64,000 nucleotides of DNA from Vicinamibacterales bacterium (lineage in GTDB: Bacteria; Acidobacteriota; Vicinamibacteria; Vicinamibacterales; UBA8438), in contig CBDBKJ010000003.1 in the NCBI GenBank assembly GCA_965206705.1, positions 19,403 through 83,402 of the forward strand, given 5' to 3'. Below the pieces are notes generated by a model, which was given only the letters and a program-made list of their open reading frames with translations, was not told the DNA's origin and did no database searches. This document shows, piece by piece, positions 45,191 through 55,341 of this stretch (position 1 is its first letter; every line of letters begins with the position of its first letter). A program made the position numbers and the translations under genes.

Positions 45191-47719
45191 ATGACTGACC
45201 GCCGGCCGGTATCGGCGAGAACGATGCCGGGGGGCGGTGCGCCCGCGGCGCCCCCCGTCGGCGAAGCCACGGCGTGGACCGAGGGCTGGTTCCTCCGTGT
45301 CGCCCTCGGCATCAGCGTTACGGCCTGGCTGGGGCTCCTGCTCGCCGAGTTCGGGCGCCTGCGCCTCGGTCTGCTGCTGGCGCTGGTGGCGGCGGGGGCG
45401 CTGGCCCTCGTGGCCCACGCCCGGTTCGTGCGGCCGCCGCGGCCGGTGGCGCCGGTTCGCCGGGTCGGACCCGGCGGCCTCCTCGCGTTCTGCGCGGTCT
45501 CCCTGGTGGCCGTTTTCCTGTACTTCCCCCCGTACGAAACCGTCGTGAACGAGGGCGACGCCACCGTATACCTGAACTTCAGCCGGAAGATCGCCGAGAA
45601 CGGCGCGTTCGTCTTCGAAGATCCGCTGCTCCGGGAGCTGCCGGTCGAGGCGCGGGAGTACCTGTTCCTGAACCGCCAGCCCCAGGACATGACCGGCCGC
45701 TACGCCCGGTTCCCCGGCGGCTTCCTGATTGCGGACATCGCCGAGCCGGAGGTCACCGCGGGGTTCTCGCCGCTGTTTCCGGTACTGGCGGCGTTGTTCA
45801 ACCAGGTGTCCCCGCCCGGGGGGGCGCTCTTCGTCGCGCCGCTGTTCGCGGTGCTGAGCATCGGCGGCCTGTTTCTCGTGGGGGCCAGCTGCGGCGGTCT
45901 CCGGGCGGGGCTGCTGGCGGCGCTGCTCGCCGCGGTTTCCCTGCCGCAGATGTGGTTCGCGAAGTATCCGGTTCCGGAAATGGTCGCGCAGTTCTTCGTC
46001 GTGGCGGGGCTGCTGGCGGTGCTCGCGGCGTTCCGGGACGACCGGCCCTGGCTGGCCGCGGCGGCCGGCTGGTTCTTCGGCATTGCCTGCTTCGCCAAGA
46101 TCGACCTGATGGTTCTGCTGCCCGTCACCCTCGCAGCGTTCGTCGCCTGGTGGCTCCTCGCCCGGCCGGAGGGACGGGGCCGGTGCGTCGTCTTTCTGCT
46201 GATGGCGTTCGGCGCCGTGCTGCTGCACAACCTGTTGCACTACCTCGTGTTTCCGTCGCACTACACGCCGTACGTCGGGCAATTGATCGAGCGGTCGGCG
46301 GTTCTCGACCTGCTTCCGGCGGGGGCGGCGCTGCTGGTGGTACTGGCGGCCTTCGGGTTGGGGCTGGCCGCGATCCGGCGCGGGAAGGGCATCGGTCCGG
46401 TGTGGCGCCGTGCGGGAGGGTTGGCGCTGGTCGGGCTGCTGGCCGCCTACGCTTTCATTTACGTCACGACCAACCCCGGCCGGTGGCCGGATACCCTCGT
46501 CTGGCTGAGCTGGTACCTGTCGTGGCCGGTGCTCGGCCTCTGCCTGACGGGGCTGGTGTGGCTGCTCTGGTCGGGACGGGCGGGACGGGCGAACCAGGGC
46601 CTGACGTTCCTGCTCATCCTGACCGGTGTCGTCAGCCTGCACTACCTGTACGACCCGCTCGAGCCGGGCGACCACATCTGGTCGATGCGGCGATTCGTGC
46701 CCATCGTGCTGCCGGGCATGCTGGTGGTCATGGCGATGGGCGCCGGCCGCCTCGTGGAGTGGGTCTATTTCGAGTTTCGGACGGTGGCCACGACGGCGTT
46801 GGCAGCGGTCCTCGTCGGATTCGTGGGCGCGCCCGGCGCCGCCGTGCTTGGCGAGCCGCTGTGGGAGGGCGCGCTGGACCAGAGCGCCGCCGTGGCCCGG
46901 ACCTTCCCCGAGGACGCCGCGGTGCTGGTGAGTTCGGAGCTGGCGGGAACCCACGTCCAGACGACCCTGACCTATCTGCACGACGTCGACGCGGTGCTCG
47001 TGCAGGAGGATCAGCCCGGAGACGTGCTGCGGGAGGTCATGCTCGACTGGCTGGCGCACGGCCGGCCGGTGTTCGTCGTCGTCGGTCAGCGGGGGTTCTC
47101 GCTGGACGCTCCGGATCTGGTGGCGTCGGAGGTCCGGCAGGCGACCATCGATATCCGAACCCTGGAGCGGACGCGGGAACAGGCGCCGCGGAACCTCGTC
47201 GATCTCTCCATCGGCCTCCGCATTCTGCAGGTCGCCCGGGGCGACCCCTCCACCCCCCGGATGACCGTAGACGTCGGCGATCTGGTCGACGACCTCGTAT
47301 CCGGCCTTCGCGGTTTCCATGGGGCGGAGCGGGATGGGCGCGGCGGGTCGTTCCGCTGGAGCGAAGAGGTGGCGTCGGTCGCCGTTCCGGGCGGAGACCG
47401 CATCAGCCTGGTGGTGGCCGGCGCACGCCCCGCCCAGGCGGAGCCGGCCGAGATCTCGGTGTGGGCGGGGCCGGACCGGATCGCCGAGGGGTTGGTCGTC
47501 GGCAACGATCCGCAGACGATCGTGCTGGATCTGCCGGAGTCCCAGCGCGCCGGATCGATCGAGCTGACCATCCGTTCGACCGCCTTCCGGCCCCGGGCGC
47601 TGGGGCTCTCGCCCGACCTCCGGAATCTCGGGGTGCGGGTGTACCGCGTGGAAGTGCTGCGCGATCCGCCGGACGAGTCGTCACCGGACGGCGGGTTGCC
47701 GCCGGACATCCAATCCTGA
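45191..47719 (+). CDS. large polytopic membrane protein, GT-C (ArnT/PMT-like) glycosyltransferase candidate with an extracytoplasmic C-terminal domain
   Basis: 842 aa. About 12-14 TM segments in the first ~560 aa, with an early loop NEGDATVYL..ENGAFVFEDP containing acidic residues as in GT-C enzymes. Soluble C-terminal ~280 aa. Confidence 0.5.
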   Translation: MTDRRPVSARTMPGGGAPAAPPVGEATAWTEGWFLRVALGISVTAWLGLLLAEFGRLRLGLLLALVAAGALALVAHARFVRPPRPVAPVRRVGPGGLLAFCAVSLVAVFLYFPPYETVVNEGDATVYLNFSRKIAENGAFVFEDPLLRELPVEAREYLFLNRQPQDMTGRYARFPGGFLIADIAEPEVTAGFSPLFPVLAALFNQVSPPGGALFVAPLFAVLSIGGLFLVGASCGGLRAGLLAALLAAVSLPQMWFAKYPVPEMVAQFFVVAGLLAVLAAFRDDRPWLAAAAGWFFGIACFAKIDLMVLLPVTLAAFVAWWLLARPEGRGRCVVFLLMAFGAVLLHNLLHYLVFPSHYTPYVGQLIERSAVLDLLPAGAALLVVLAAFGLGLAAIRRGKGIGPVWRRAGGLALVGLLAAYAFIYVTTNPGRWPDTLVWLSWYLSWPVLGLCLTGLVWLLWSGRAGRANQGLTFLLILTGVVSLHYLYDPLEPGDHIWSMRRFVPIVLPGMLVVMAMGAGRLVEWVYFEFRTVATTALAAVLVGFVGAPGAAVLGEPLWEGALDQSAAVARTFPEDAAVLVSSELAGTHVQTTLTYLHDVDAVLVQEDQPGDVLREVMLDWLAHGRPVFVVVGQRGFSLDAPDLVASEVRQATIDIRTLERTREQAPRNLVDLSIGLRILQVARGDPSTPRMTVDVGDLVDDLVSGLRGFHGAERDGRGGSFRWSEEVASVAVPGGDRISLVVAGARPAQAEPAEISVWAGPDRIAEGLVVGNDPQTIVLDLPESQRAGSIELTIRSTAFRPRALGLSPDLRNLGVRVYRVEVLRDPPDESSPDGGLPPDIQS

Positions 47720-47807
47720 GACCCGCCGACGGGCAGGGAGGCGTGGTGGAGGGGTTGGTTGGGGCGGCGGCGCCGCGACGGCGGCGGAGCCGCGCAGGCG
47801 ACGCTTG

Positions 47808-49187
47808 CTAGGGACGCCTGCCGACCGCCGCATAGTCCTGCTCGGCGAAAATCTGGCTGTTCAAGAGGTCGGCGTGCTGGTTGAGCGTGTCCGCCAGCGC
47901 GACGACGGCGGCACCGGCCGGCGTGGCGGCCAGCGCCGGGTCGACGGCGGCGCGCCGGAGCTTCGCCGCGTCGGGCACCGGCGCCTGGTAGACGATGGTG
48001 ACGTCGACGAAGCCGCTGGCGCGCAAGAGGTAGCCCAGCGTGTCGGGGTGCAGCGGGTGCCGGTGCGTGATGTCTCGCACGTAGGCGCTGAAGAACGCCG
48101 TCCAGGAGGCGGGGTTGATCGTTTCCAGCACGATGCGGGAGCCCGGACGGAGGGTGCGGTGCGCGTCGCCGAGCATCTGCATCAGGTAGTCGGCCTCGAG
48201 GTGCTCGACGACCTGGGCCGAAAAGAGGCCGCCGGTCGATTCGTCGGCCCGCGTGCGCAGATAGCCGAGCGCGTCGGACCGGGTGGCCGCGAGCCCGCGT
48301 TCGCGGCAGCCCTCGACCGCCGCCGCGTTGGTGTCGACGCCGTGGGCGCTGATGCCCTTGTCGTGCAGCAGGGCCAGGAACTCGCCGCGGCCGCAGCCGA
48401 CGTCCAGCACGTCCGACGCGCCCTCGAAGTACGGCAGATACGTGCGTTGCCGCGCCGCGATCTCCTCGGTCGATCCGCGGAAAACGTCCTCGAAGCAGAT
48501 GTACTGGTAGGCGTTGAGATCCGTCTCTGCCGGGACCGGTCGGGGCCGGGCGTCGCCGCCGGCATCGGTGTCGCCGCCCGCTGCAGCGGGACGGCGCAGC
48601 CGCTCGATCTCGCGCCTCATTCCGTGCGCCGAGGCGGTCGCGAGATCGACCGATTGGCGCATGCCCTCGGTGGTCCGCTCCAGGGTGTCGAGCGATTGGC
48701 GCAGGCCCTGCGTGGTCCGCTCCAGGGCATCGACGGAGTGGCCGACGTCATGACGGAGATAGTGGATGAGGTGCGACTGAAACGCGGCGAGCGCCGCCAG
48801 GTGCCGGTCGAGCACCGCGATGCCCCCGGCCGCGGACTCCCGGCTCTCGACCATCGCGCGCACGTTGGCGTCGAGATGGTGGAGGAGCAGCGTGTTGAAC
48901 CGCTGCTGGCGTTCGAGGATCGGTCGGAGCAGCCGCCACGCGACGTCGCGCAGCCGGCGGCGCCACCCGGTACCCAGATCGATGTCCTTCTCGGGCTCTT
49001 CGGGGAGCAGGCGCCAGGCTTCGCTCAGCGCCCCGAGCTGCCGGTCGTCGAAACCGGGGAGAGGCTGCGGCAGCGCGGGCTTCTGCGCGATGACGTCCTC
49101 GAGTGCGTCGAGCGCCGCGTCGGGCGGCCCGTCGGCGTCCTCGCGGGACGGGGTGTCGCGGGCCGAATCGTCTTCTCGTTCGTGCAT
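47808..49187 (-). CDS. class I SAM-dependent methyltransferase with N-terminal coiled-coil region
   Basis: ATG at 49187. VLDVGCGRGEF (motif I), GGLFSAQVVEHL, GSRIVLETIN. Confidence 0.75.
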   Translation of the reverse strand: MHEREDDSARDTPSREDADGPPDAALDALEDVIAQKPALPQPLPGFDDRQLGALSEAWRLLPEEPEKDIDLGTGWRRRLRDVAWRLLRPILERQQRFNTLLLHHLDANVRAMVESRESAAGGIAVLDRHLAALAAFQSHLIHYLRHDVGHSVDALERTTQGLRQSLDTLERTTEGMRQSVDLATASAHGMRREIERLRRPAAAGGDTDAGGDARPRPVPAETDLNAYQYICFEDVFRGSTEEIAARQRTYLPYFEGASDVLDVGCGRGEFLALLHDKGISAHGVDTNAAAVEGCRERGLAATRSDALGYLRTRADESTGGLFSAQVVEHLEADYLMQMLGDAHRTLRPGSRIVLETINPASWTAFFSAYVRDITHRHPLHPDTLGYLLRASGFVDVTIVYQAPVPDAAKLRRAAVDPALAATPAGAAVVALADTLNQHADLLNSQIFAEQDYAAVGRRP

Positions 49188-49312
49188 CGACGCGGGGCTC
49201 CTCGCCGGACGTCGGATCTCCGGCCGCCGGGGTGGACGGCGATCGTGCACCGGCGTCCTGCCGGTCCGCCGCCTCCCGCCCACTGGCGATCCCGATGCGG
49301 CGCGATCGCCGG

Positions 49313-50134
49313 CTACGCCGAGAGCAGACCGTCCGCGGGACTGCTGGCGGTGGCGTAGCGCCGCCGGGCGATGCGGCCGGCCAGATACGCCCGCCGGCCC
49401 GCCGTCACCGCGAGCTTCATGGCATCGGCCATCGCGACGGGGTCGCGGGCGCCGGCGATGGCGGTGTTCATCAGGACCCCGTCAACCCCGAGCTCCATCG
49501 CGATGGCGGCGTCGGACGCGGTGCCGACCCCGGCGTCCACGATGACCGGGACCCCCGCGAACTCGCGGATGATCCGAATGTTGTTGAGGTTCTGGATGCC
49601 GAGCCCGGAACCGATGGGGGCGCCGAGGGGCATGACCGCGGCCGCCCCCGCGTCCTCCAGCTTGCGGCACACCACCGGGTCGTCGTTCGTATAGGGCAGC
49701 ACGACGAACCCTTCCTTGACCAGCACGCGGGTCGCCTCGAGCAGGCCGTCGTTGTCGGGGAACAGCGTCCGTTCGTCTCCGATGACCTCCAGCTTGACCC
49801 ACTCCGACAACCCGACCTCGCGCCCCAGCCGCGCGGTGCGAATGGCCTCGTCCGCGGTGTAGCAGCCGGCGGTGTTGGGAAGCAGGGAGTAGCGGCCGGC
49901 GTCGATGAAGTCGAGCAGCGACTCTCGGCTGCGGTCGGTGATGTTGACGCGGCGAACCGCCACCGTCACCAGCTCGGCCCCGGACGCGTCGTGCGCCCGT
50001 TGCATGATCTCGTTGGACGCGTACTTGCCCGTCCCCACGATGAGGCGGGACGAGAAGGTCTTCCCGGCGATCACCAGCGCATCGTTGCCCATGTCCATGA
50101 GTATGACAGGAACCGGATCGGACGACCCGGTCAT
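49313..50134 (-). CDS. thiG: thiazole synthase
   Basis: ATG at 50134 overlaps the thiS stop (ATGA). [51 protein letters not shown]. Confidence 0.9.
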   Translation of the reverse strand: MTGSSDPVPVILMDMGNDALVIAGKTFSSRLIVGTGKYASNEIMQRAHDASGAELVTVAVRRVNITDRSRESLLDFIDAGRYSLLPNTAGCYTADEAIRTARLGREVGLSEWVKLEVIGDERTLFPDNDGLLEATRVLVKEGFVVLPYTNDDPVVCRKLEDAGAAAVMPLGAPIGSGLGIQNLNNIRIIREFAGVPVIVDAGVGTASDAAIAMELGVDGVLMNTAIAGARDPVAMADAMKLAVTAGRRAYLAGRIARRRYATASSPADGLLSA

Positions 50135-50331
50135 CCTCCGCCGACGAAGTTGACGATTTCGACCGTATCCTCCGCCTGCACGGTCGTCGACGCATAGGCG
50201 GTCCGCTTGACGACGACGAGATTGTGCTCGACCGCCACCCGGCGCGGGTCGACGTCGAGTCGCGCCAGCAACCGACTGATCGTCATCGGTTCGCCGAGCT
50301 CGTACGGGTCGCCGTTCAGAGTAATCCGCAC
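50131..50331 (-). CDS. thiS: sulfur carrier protein ThiS
   Basis: 66 aa ending in GG. GTG start. Directly upstream of thiG. Confidence 0.85.
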   Translation of the reverse strand: MRITLNGDPYELGEPMTISRLLARLDVDPRRVAVEHNLVVVKRTAYASTTVQAEDTVEIVNFVGGG

Positions 50332-50728
50332 AGGATGGACGGAGGATTGTCGATGGCCGGGATCCGCGTGGAACGGCCAGCGCGGGAGTGTATCCCGTCA
50401 GAACCGGTGAAGTCAAATGTAAATGTCTGGCCGATCAGGAGTTATGACCGCTCAGGCCCCGGCCGGCGTCGCCAAATTGACTTCGTACAGCGGCTCTTGG
50501 TACGATGCTGATTGCGCAGGAGCCCTTCAAATGCGGGTCGCTCGCAGAACGGTCGCCGATACGCGCCGGCTTGGCTTGAGAAAAACTTCACAAAACCTCC
50601 CGGCCCGGACCTGCCCCCGATCGAAGACGACGTCGTCGCGTGCAAGAGCCGCGTGGAAGAGTCGCAGGACAGCGTGCCGCACCGGGGCCTTCGAGAGGGT
50701 CCGGCACGCGTTCCTCGCCTGATGCCGT

Positions 50729-52102
50729 ATGGGGCGACACACCATTCGCAGGGGATTGCGGTTGCCGGTCTCGGGAGAGCCCGACCAGACGGTCGGTCCC
50801 GCCCGGATGACTCGGCGGGTCGCGCTGCTGGCTGACGACTACGTCGGCCTCCGGCCCACCATGCACGTGGCGGAGGGTGACAACGTTCGCCGCGGCGGGT
50901 TGCTGTTCGAGGACAAGAAGCGGCCCGGCGTGCGGTTCACGTCTCCGGCCGCCGGCACCGTCGAGGCGGTCCACCGCGGCGAGCGCCGGAGCTTCCGGTC
51001 GATCGTGATCGCCGTTGACCGGGACGAGCAGGAGGGCCGCGGCGGCGCGTCGGTCGGGTTCTCCTCGTTTTCCGGCCGGCATCCGACCGGGCTCGGCGGC
51101 GACGACGTGCGCGAGCTGTTGCTCGAGTCGGGCCTGTGGCCCGCCCTTCGAGCCCGGCCGTTCGGCCGCGTCGCCGATCCCATGACGCGGCCGCATTCCA
51201 TCTTCGTGACCGCCATCGACACCGAGCCTCTGGCGCCGCGGGTCGAGATCGTGCTCGACGGGGCGCACGGGCCGTTCGAGAACGGTCTGAAGGCGCTGGC
51301 CCAGATGACCGACGGGGTCGTCTACGTGTGTACCGCACCGGATGGCCGGGTGCCGGTTCCGGCCGGCGACCGGTTCCGGCGGGAGGAGTTCGCCGGGGTC
51401 CATCCGGCCGGCGCTCCCGGCCTGCACATCCACCGGCTGGACCCGGTGAACCGCGACAAGCAGGTGTGGTACGTCGGCTATCAGGACGTCGTGGCCATCG
51501 GGCGGCTGTTCGAGACGGGCGAGCTGGCGGTCGAGCGCGTGGTGGCCCTGGCCGGGCCGTCGGTGTCGCGCCCCCGGCTGGTCCGGACGCGGCTCGGGGC
51601 GGCGGTCGCCGACGTCCTGGCCGGCGAGCCGATCGACGACGGAGTCCGCGCCGTCTCGGGGTCGCTGCTCGCGGGGCGTTCGGCGTCGGACGCGGTTATC
51701 GGGTTCCTGGGCCGCTATCACCGGCAGGTCTGCCTGATCCGGGAGGGGCGTGAGCGCGAGTGGCTGGGCTGGCTCCGGCCCGGACTGGGGAAGTTCTCGG
51801 TGTCGCGGGCGTTCCTCTCGACGCTGCGGTGGGGGCAGCGGTTCCCGTTCACGACCTCGACGCACGGGTCGCGCCGGGCCATCGTGCCGATCGGCCTCTA
51901 TGAACGCGTGATGCCCATGGACCTGCTGCCGACGCCGCTGCTGCGGGCGCTCGTCATGCACGACGTCGAGCGCGCCGAGGAGCTGGGCTGCCTGGAGCTC
52001 GAGGAAGACGACCTCGCCCTGTGCTCCTTCGTCTGTCCGAGCAAGCTCGACTACGGCGCCGCCCTCCGCCGCGTCCTGACCACCCTCGAGGCCGAGGGCT
52101 GA
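50729..52102 (+). CDS. nqrA: Na+-translocating NADH:quinone oxidoreductase subunit A
   Basis: IRRGLRLPVSGEP N-terminus typical of NqrA. First gene of the nqrABCDEF order. Confidence 0.88.
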   Translation: MGRHTIRRGLRLPVSGEPDQTVGPARMTRRVALLADDYVGLRPTMHVAEGDNVRRGGLLFEDKKRPGVRFTSPAAGTVEAVHRGERRSFRSIVIAVDRDEQEGRGGASVGFSSFSGRHPTGLGGDDVRELLLESGLWPALRARPFGRVADPMTRPHSIFVTAIDTEPLAPRVEIVLDGAHGPFENGLKALAQMTDGVVYVCTAPDGRVPVPAGDRFRREEFAGVHPAGAPGLHIHRLDPVNRDKQVWYVGYQDVVAIGRLFETGELAVERVVALAGPSVSRPRLVRTRLGAAVADVLAGEPIDDGVRAVSGSLLAGRSASDAVIGFLGRYHRQVCLIREGREREWLGWLRPGLGKFSVSRAFLSTLRWGQRFPFTTSTHGSRRAIVPIGLYERVMPMDLLPTPLLRALVMHDVERAEELGCLELEEDDLALCSFVCPSKLDYGAALRRVLTTLEAEG

Positions 52103-52103
52103 C

Positions 52104-53327
52104 ATGAAGCTCCTGCGCGACCTGCTCGACCGGCAGGCCCGGCACTTCGAGAAGGGGGGGCGCTTCGAGCGCTTGTATCCGCTGTGGGAAGCGCAGGACA
52201 CCTTCCTGTTCACCCCCGGCGAGGTCACGCGGTCGACCCCGCACGTGCGCGACGCCCTCGACATGAAGCGCCTGATGGGGACGGTGGTCATCGCGCTCGC
52301 CGGGTGCGTCTACATGGCCCTCTACAACACGGGGTACCAGGCGCAGCTGGCGATTGCGGCCGGGGCGCCGCCGCTCGACGTCTGGCAGACCGACGTCATG
52401 CGGTGGATGGGCCTGGCGTTCGCGCCGGACGATCCGTGGGCCTGCCTGGTGCACGGCGCGCTCTACTTCGGGCCGGTGCTGGTCGTGACCTTCGCCGTCG
52501 GCGGGCTCTGGGAGGCGTTGTTCGCCGGGGTCCGGGGGCACGAGATCAACGAGGGCTTCCTGGTCACGGGGGTGCTGCTGCCGCTGACCCTGCCCGCCAC
52601 CATCCCGCTGTGGCAGGTGGCGCTCGGCGTGTCGTTCGGCGTGGTCGTGGGCAAGGAGATCTTCGGCGGGACCGGCATGAACGTCCTCAATCCGGCCCTG
52701 ACCGCCCGCGCCTTCCTGTTCTTCGCCTACCCGGCCGACATGTCCGGCGACGCCATCTGGATCGCGGCGGGCACGGCCCCCGACGGCGTCAGCGGGGCGA
52801 CGGTGCTCGCGCTGGCGACCGAGCGCGGGTTGTCCGGGGTGACCGACACCCTGAGTCCCTGGCAGGCGTTCGCGGGGTGGATGCCGGGCTCGATGGGCGA
52901 GACCTCGGTGCTGGCGTGCCTGGCCGGGGCCGCGGTGCTGATCGGGACCGGGGTGGGGTCGTGGCGCATCATGGCCAGCGTCGCGGTGGGGACGCTGGGC
53001 ACCGCCTGGCTGCTCAACACCGTCGGGTCGATGACCAATCCGTTCTTCGAGGTGACCCCGCTCTGGCACTATCTGCTGGGCGGCTGGGCGTTCGGGACGG
53101 TGTACATGGCGACCGATCCGGTGTCCGGACCGTCGACCCCGACCGGCCACTATGCGTACGGGTTCATGATCGGCCTGCTGGTGGTGCTGATCCGGGTGGT
53201 GAATCCGGCCTATCCCGAAGGCATGATGCTGGCCATTCTCTTCATGAACCTGTTCGCGCCGCTGATCGACTACGTCGCCGTCCAGGCCAACGTGCGGCGC
53301 CGGAGGAGGGCCTGTCATGCAGGGTAG
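52104..53327 (+). CDS. nqrB: Na+-NQR subunit B
   Basis: FEKGGRFERLYPLWEA, GGTGMNVLNPAL, FMIGLLVVLIR. FMN-attachment region SGAT (..PDGVSGATVLA). Confidence 0.9.
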   Translation: MKLLRDLLDRQARHFEKGGRFERLYPLWEAQDTFLFTPGEVTRSTPHVRDALDMKRLMGTVVIALAGCVYMALYNTGYQAQLAIAAGAPPLDVWQTDVMRWMGLAFAPDDPWACLVHGALYFGPVLVVTFAVGGLWEALFAGVRGHEINEGFLVTGVLLPLTLPATIPLWQVALGVSFGVVVGKEIFGGTGMNVLNPALTARAFLFFAYPADMSGDAIWIAAGTAPDGVSGATVLALATERGLSGVTDTLSPWQAFAGWMPGSMGETSVLACLAGAAVLIGTGVGSWRIMASVAVGTLGTAWLLNTVGSMTNPFFEVTPLWHYLLGGWAFGTVYMATDPVSGPSTPTGHYAYGFMIGLLVVLIRVVNPAYPEGMMLAILFMNLFAPLIDYVAVQANVRRRRRACHAG

Positions 53328-54099
53328 CGTCGGCTACAACCTGGGGTTCGCGGCGGCCGTCTGTCTCGTCTGCGCCGTCGTCGTCTCGTCGGCGGCGGTG
53401 GCCCTCGCCGACCGGCAGGAGCGCAACGCGGCCCTCGACAGGCAGCGCAACGTGCTGGTGGCGGCGGGATTCGCGGGTGACGACGAGTCGCTCGACGCCG
53501 AGGCCGTCGCGGCCCGGTTCGCCCCCATCACCCCGGTGGTTCTGACCCTCTCCACCGGGGAGGCGGCGACGGACGTCGATCCGATCGGCTTCGATCAGCG
53601 GTTGGCGTCGCTCGACCCGGCGCGCAGCACCGCGGCGCCCGGCAACGTCGCCGGCATCATGCGGTTGCCGGCCGAGGCCCTGGTCTACGAGGTGCGCGAC
53701 GCGGCGGGGCGCCTCGATCTCGTGGTGCTGCCCATCGAGGGGCTCGGACTGTGGGGCACCCTCTACGGTTTCGTGGCGCTGGACGGCGATCTGCGCACGA
53801 TTCGCGGGTTGACCTTCTACGAGCACAAGGAGACGCCGGGGCTCGGCGGCGAGGTGGACAACCCGCGCTGGAAGGCGCTGTGGCCCGGCCGGCTCGCGTT
53901 CGACGACGACAGGCGTCCCGCCATCGCGGTCGTCAAGGGACCGGCGGGAAGCGTGGACGAGGCGCCGCATGCGATCGACGGGCTCTCCGGCGCGACGATC
54001 ACCAGCCGGGGCGTGACCAACCTGGTGCAGTTCTGGCTGGGACCGGACGGCTTCGGGCCGTACCTGACGCGGCTGCGGAGCCAGGGAGGCGCGGGCTGA
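53317..54099 (+). CDS. nqrC: Na+-NQR subunit C
   Basis: [11 protein letters not shown] and [14 protein letters not shown] (FMN-binding threonine motif). Confidence 0.9.
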   Translation: MQGSVGYNLGFAAAVCLVCAVVVSSAAVALADRQERNAALDRQRNVLVAAGFAGDDESLDAEAVAARFAPITPVVLTLSTGEAATDVDPIGFDQRLASLDPARSTAAPGNVAGIMRLPAEALVYEVRDAAGRLDLVVLPIEGLGLWGTLYGFVALDGDLRTIRGLTFYEHKETPGLGGEVDNPRWKALWPGRLAFDDDRRPAIAVVKGPAGSVDEAPHAIDGLSGATITSRGVTNLVQFWLGPDGFGPYLTRLRSQGGAG

Positions 54100-54719
54100 T
54101 GTCGAAATCACGCGACGCACTGATCGATCCGCTCTTCAACAACAACCCCATCGCGCTGCAGGTCCTCGGCATCTGCTCGGCCCTCGCGGTGACCACGCAG
54201 ATGAAACCCGCGCTCGTGATGTGCGCGGCGGTGGTCTTCGTGCTCCTGTTCTCGAACCTGTTCGTCAGCCTGCTGCGCAACCAGATTCCGACCAACATCC
54301 GGATCATCGTGCAGCTCACGATCATCGCGTCGCTGGTCATCGTGGTCGACCAGGTGCTGAAGGCCTACCTGTTCGAGATCTCCAAGCAGCTCTCGGTGTT
54401 CGTCGGGCTCATCATCACCAACTGCATCATCATGGGCCGCGCCGAGGCCTATGCCATGCAGAACCCGCCGCGCATGAGCATGATAGACGGCATCGGCAAC
54501 GGCATCGGCTATGCGGTGATCCTGGCCGGCACCGCGGTCATCCGCGAGCTCTTCGGGTCGGGGTCGCTCTTCGGGGTCCAGGTGCTGGCCCTCGCCAGCG
54601 AGGGTGGCTGGTACACCCCGAACGGACTGATGGTACTGTCGCCCGGGGCGTTCTTCATCATCGGATTCTTCATCTGGGCGATTCGGGTCTGGAAGCCCGC
54701 GCAGGTGGAGCAGGACTGA
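54099..54719 (+). CDS. nqrD: Na+-NQR subunit D
   Basis: ATG at 54099 overlaps the nqrC stop. [33 protein letters not shown]. Confidence 0.9.
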   Translation: MSKSRDALIDPLFNNNPIALQVLGICSALAVTTQMKPALVMCAAVVFVLLFSNLFVSLLRNQIPTNIRIIVQLTIIASLVIVVDQVLKAYLFEISKQLSVFVGLIITNCIIMGRAEAYAMQNPPRMSMIDGIGNGIGYAVILAGTAVIRELFGSGSLFGVQVLALASEGGWYTPNGLMVLSPGAFFIIGFFIWAIRVWKPAQVEQD

Positions 54720-54726
54720 CCGCGCC

Positions 54727-55341
54727 ATGGAGTACTACCTCAACCTCGCGGTGAAGGCGATCTTCGTCGAGAACATGGCCCTGGCGTTCTTTCTGGGCAT
54801 GTGCTCGTTTCTCGCCGTGTCGAAACGGGTCTCGACCGCCATCGGCCTCGGCGCCGCCGTCATCTTCGTGCTGACGGTCACGGTGCCGATGAACAACCTG
54901 GTGTACGCCTACGCCCTCAAGCCGGGGGCCCTGGCCTGGCTGTCTCCGGGGCTGGCCGCGTACGACCTCTCGTTTCTGGGGTTCCTCACCTTCATCGGCA
55001 CCATCGCCGCGATGACCCAGATCGTCGAGATGACCCTCGACCGCTTCGCGCCCGCCCTCTACACCGCGCTCGGCATCTTCCTGCCCCTGATCGCCGTCAA
55101 CTGCGCCATTCTCGGCGCCTCGCTGTGGATGATGGAGCGCAACTACAACCTGGCCGAGAGCGCCGTGTTCGGGTTCGGATCGGGGGTGGGCTGGGCGCTC
55201 GCCATCGTGGCCCTGGCCGGCATTCGGGAGCGGCTGCGCTACAGCAATCCCCCGGCCGGGCTGCGGGGATTGGGACTCACGTTCATCATCGTGGGCCTGA
55301 TGGCCATCGGCTTCATGGCCTTCGCCGGGGTGCAGCTGTGA
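54727..55341 (+). CDS. nqrE: Na+-NQR subunit E
   Basis: [35 protein letters not shown]. Confidence 0.9.
   Translation: MEYYLNLAVKAIFVENMALAFFLGMCSFLAVSKRVSTAIGLGAAVIFVLTVTVPMNNLVYAYALKPGALAWLSPGLAAYDLSFLGFLTFIGTIAAMTQIVEMTLDRFAPALYTALGIFLPLIAVNCAILGASLWMMERNYNLAESAVFGFGSGVGWALAIVALAGIRERLRYSNPPAGLRGLGLTFIIVGLMAIGFMAFAGVQL

Noticed and set aside
48651-48734. A 42-bp in-frame tandem duplication inside the methyltransferase gene (LERTT(Q/E)G(L/M)RQS(L/V)D twice)
   Set aside because: It lies within a predicted coiled-coil N-terminal region, where such duplications are common. There is no sign of a separate function.
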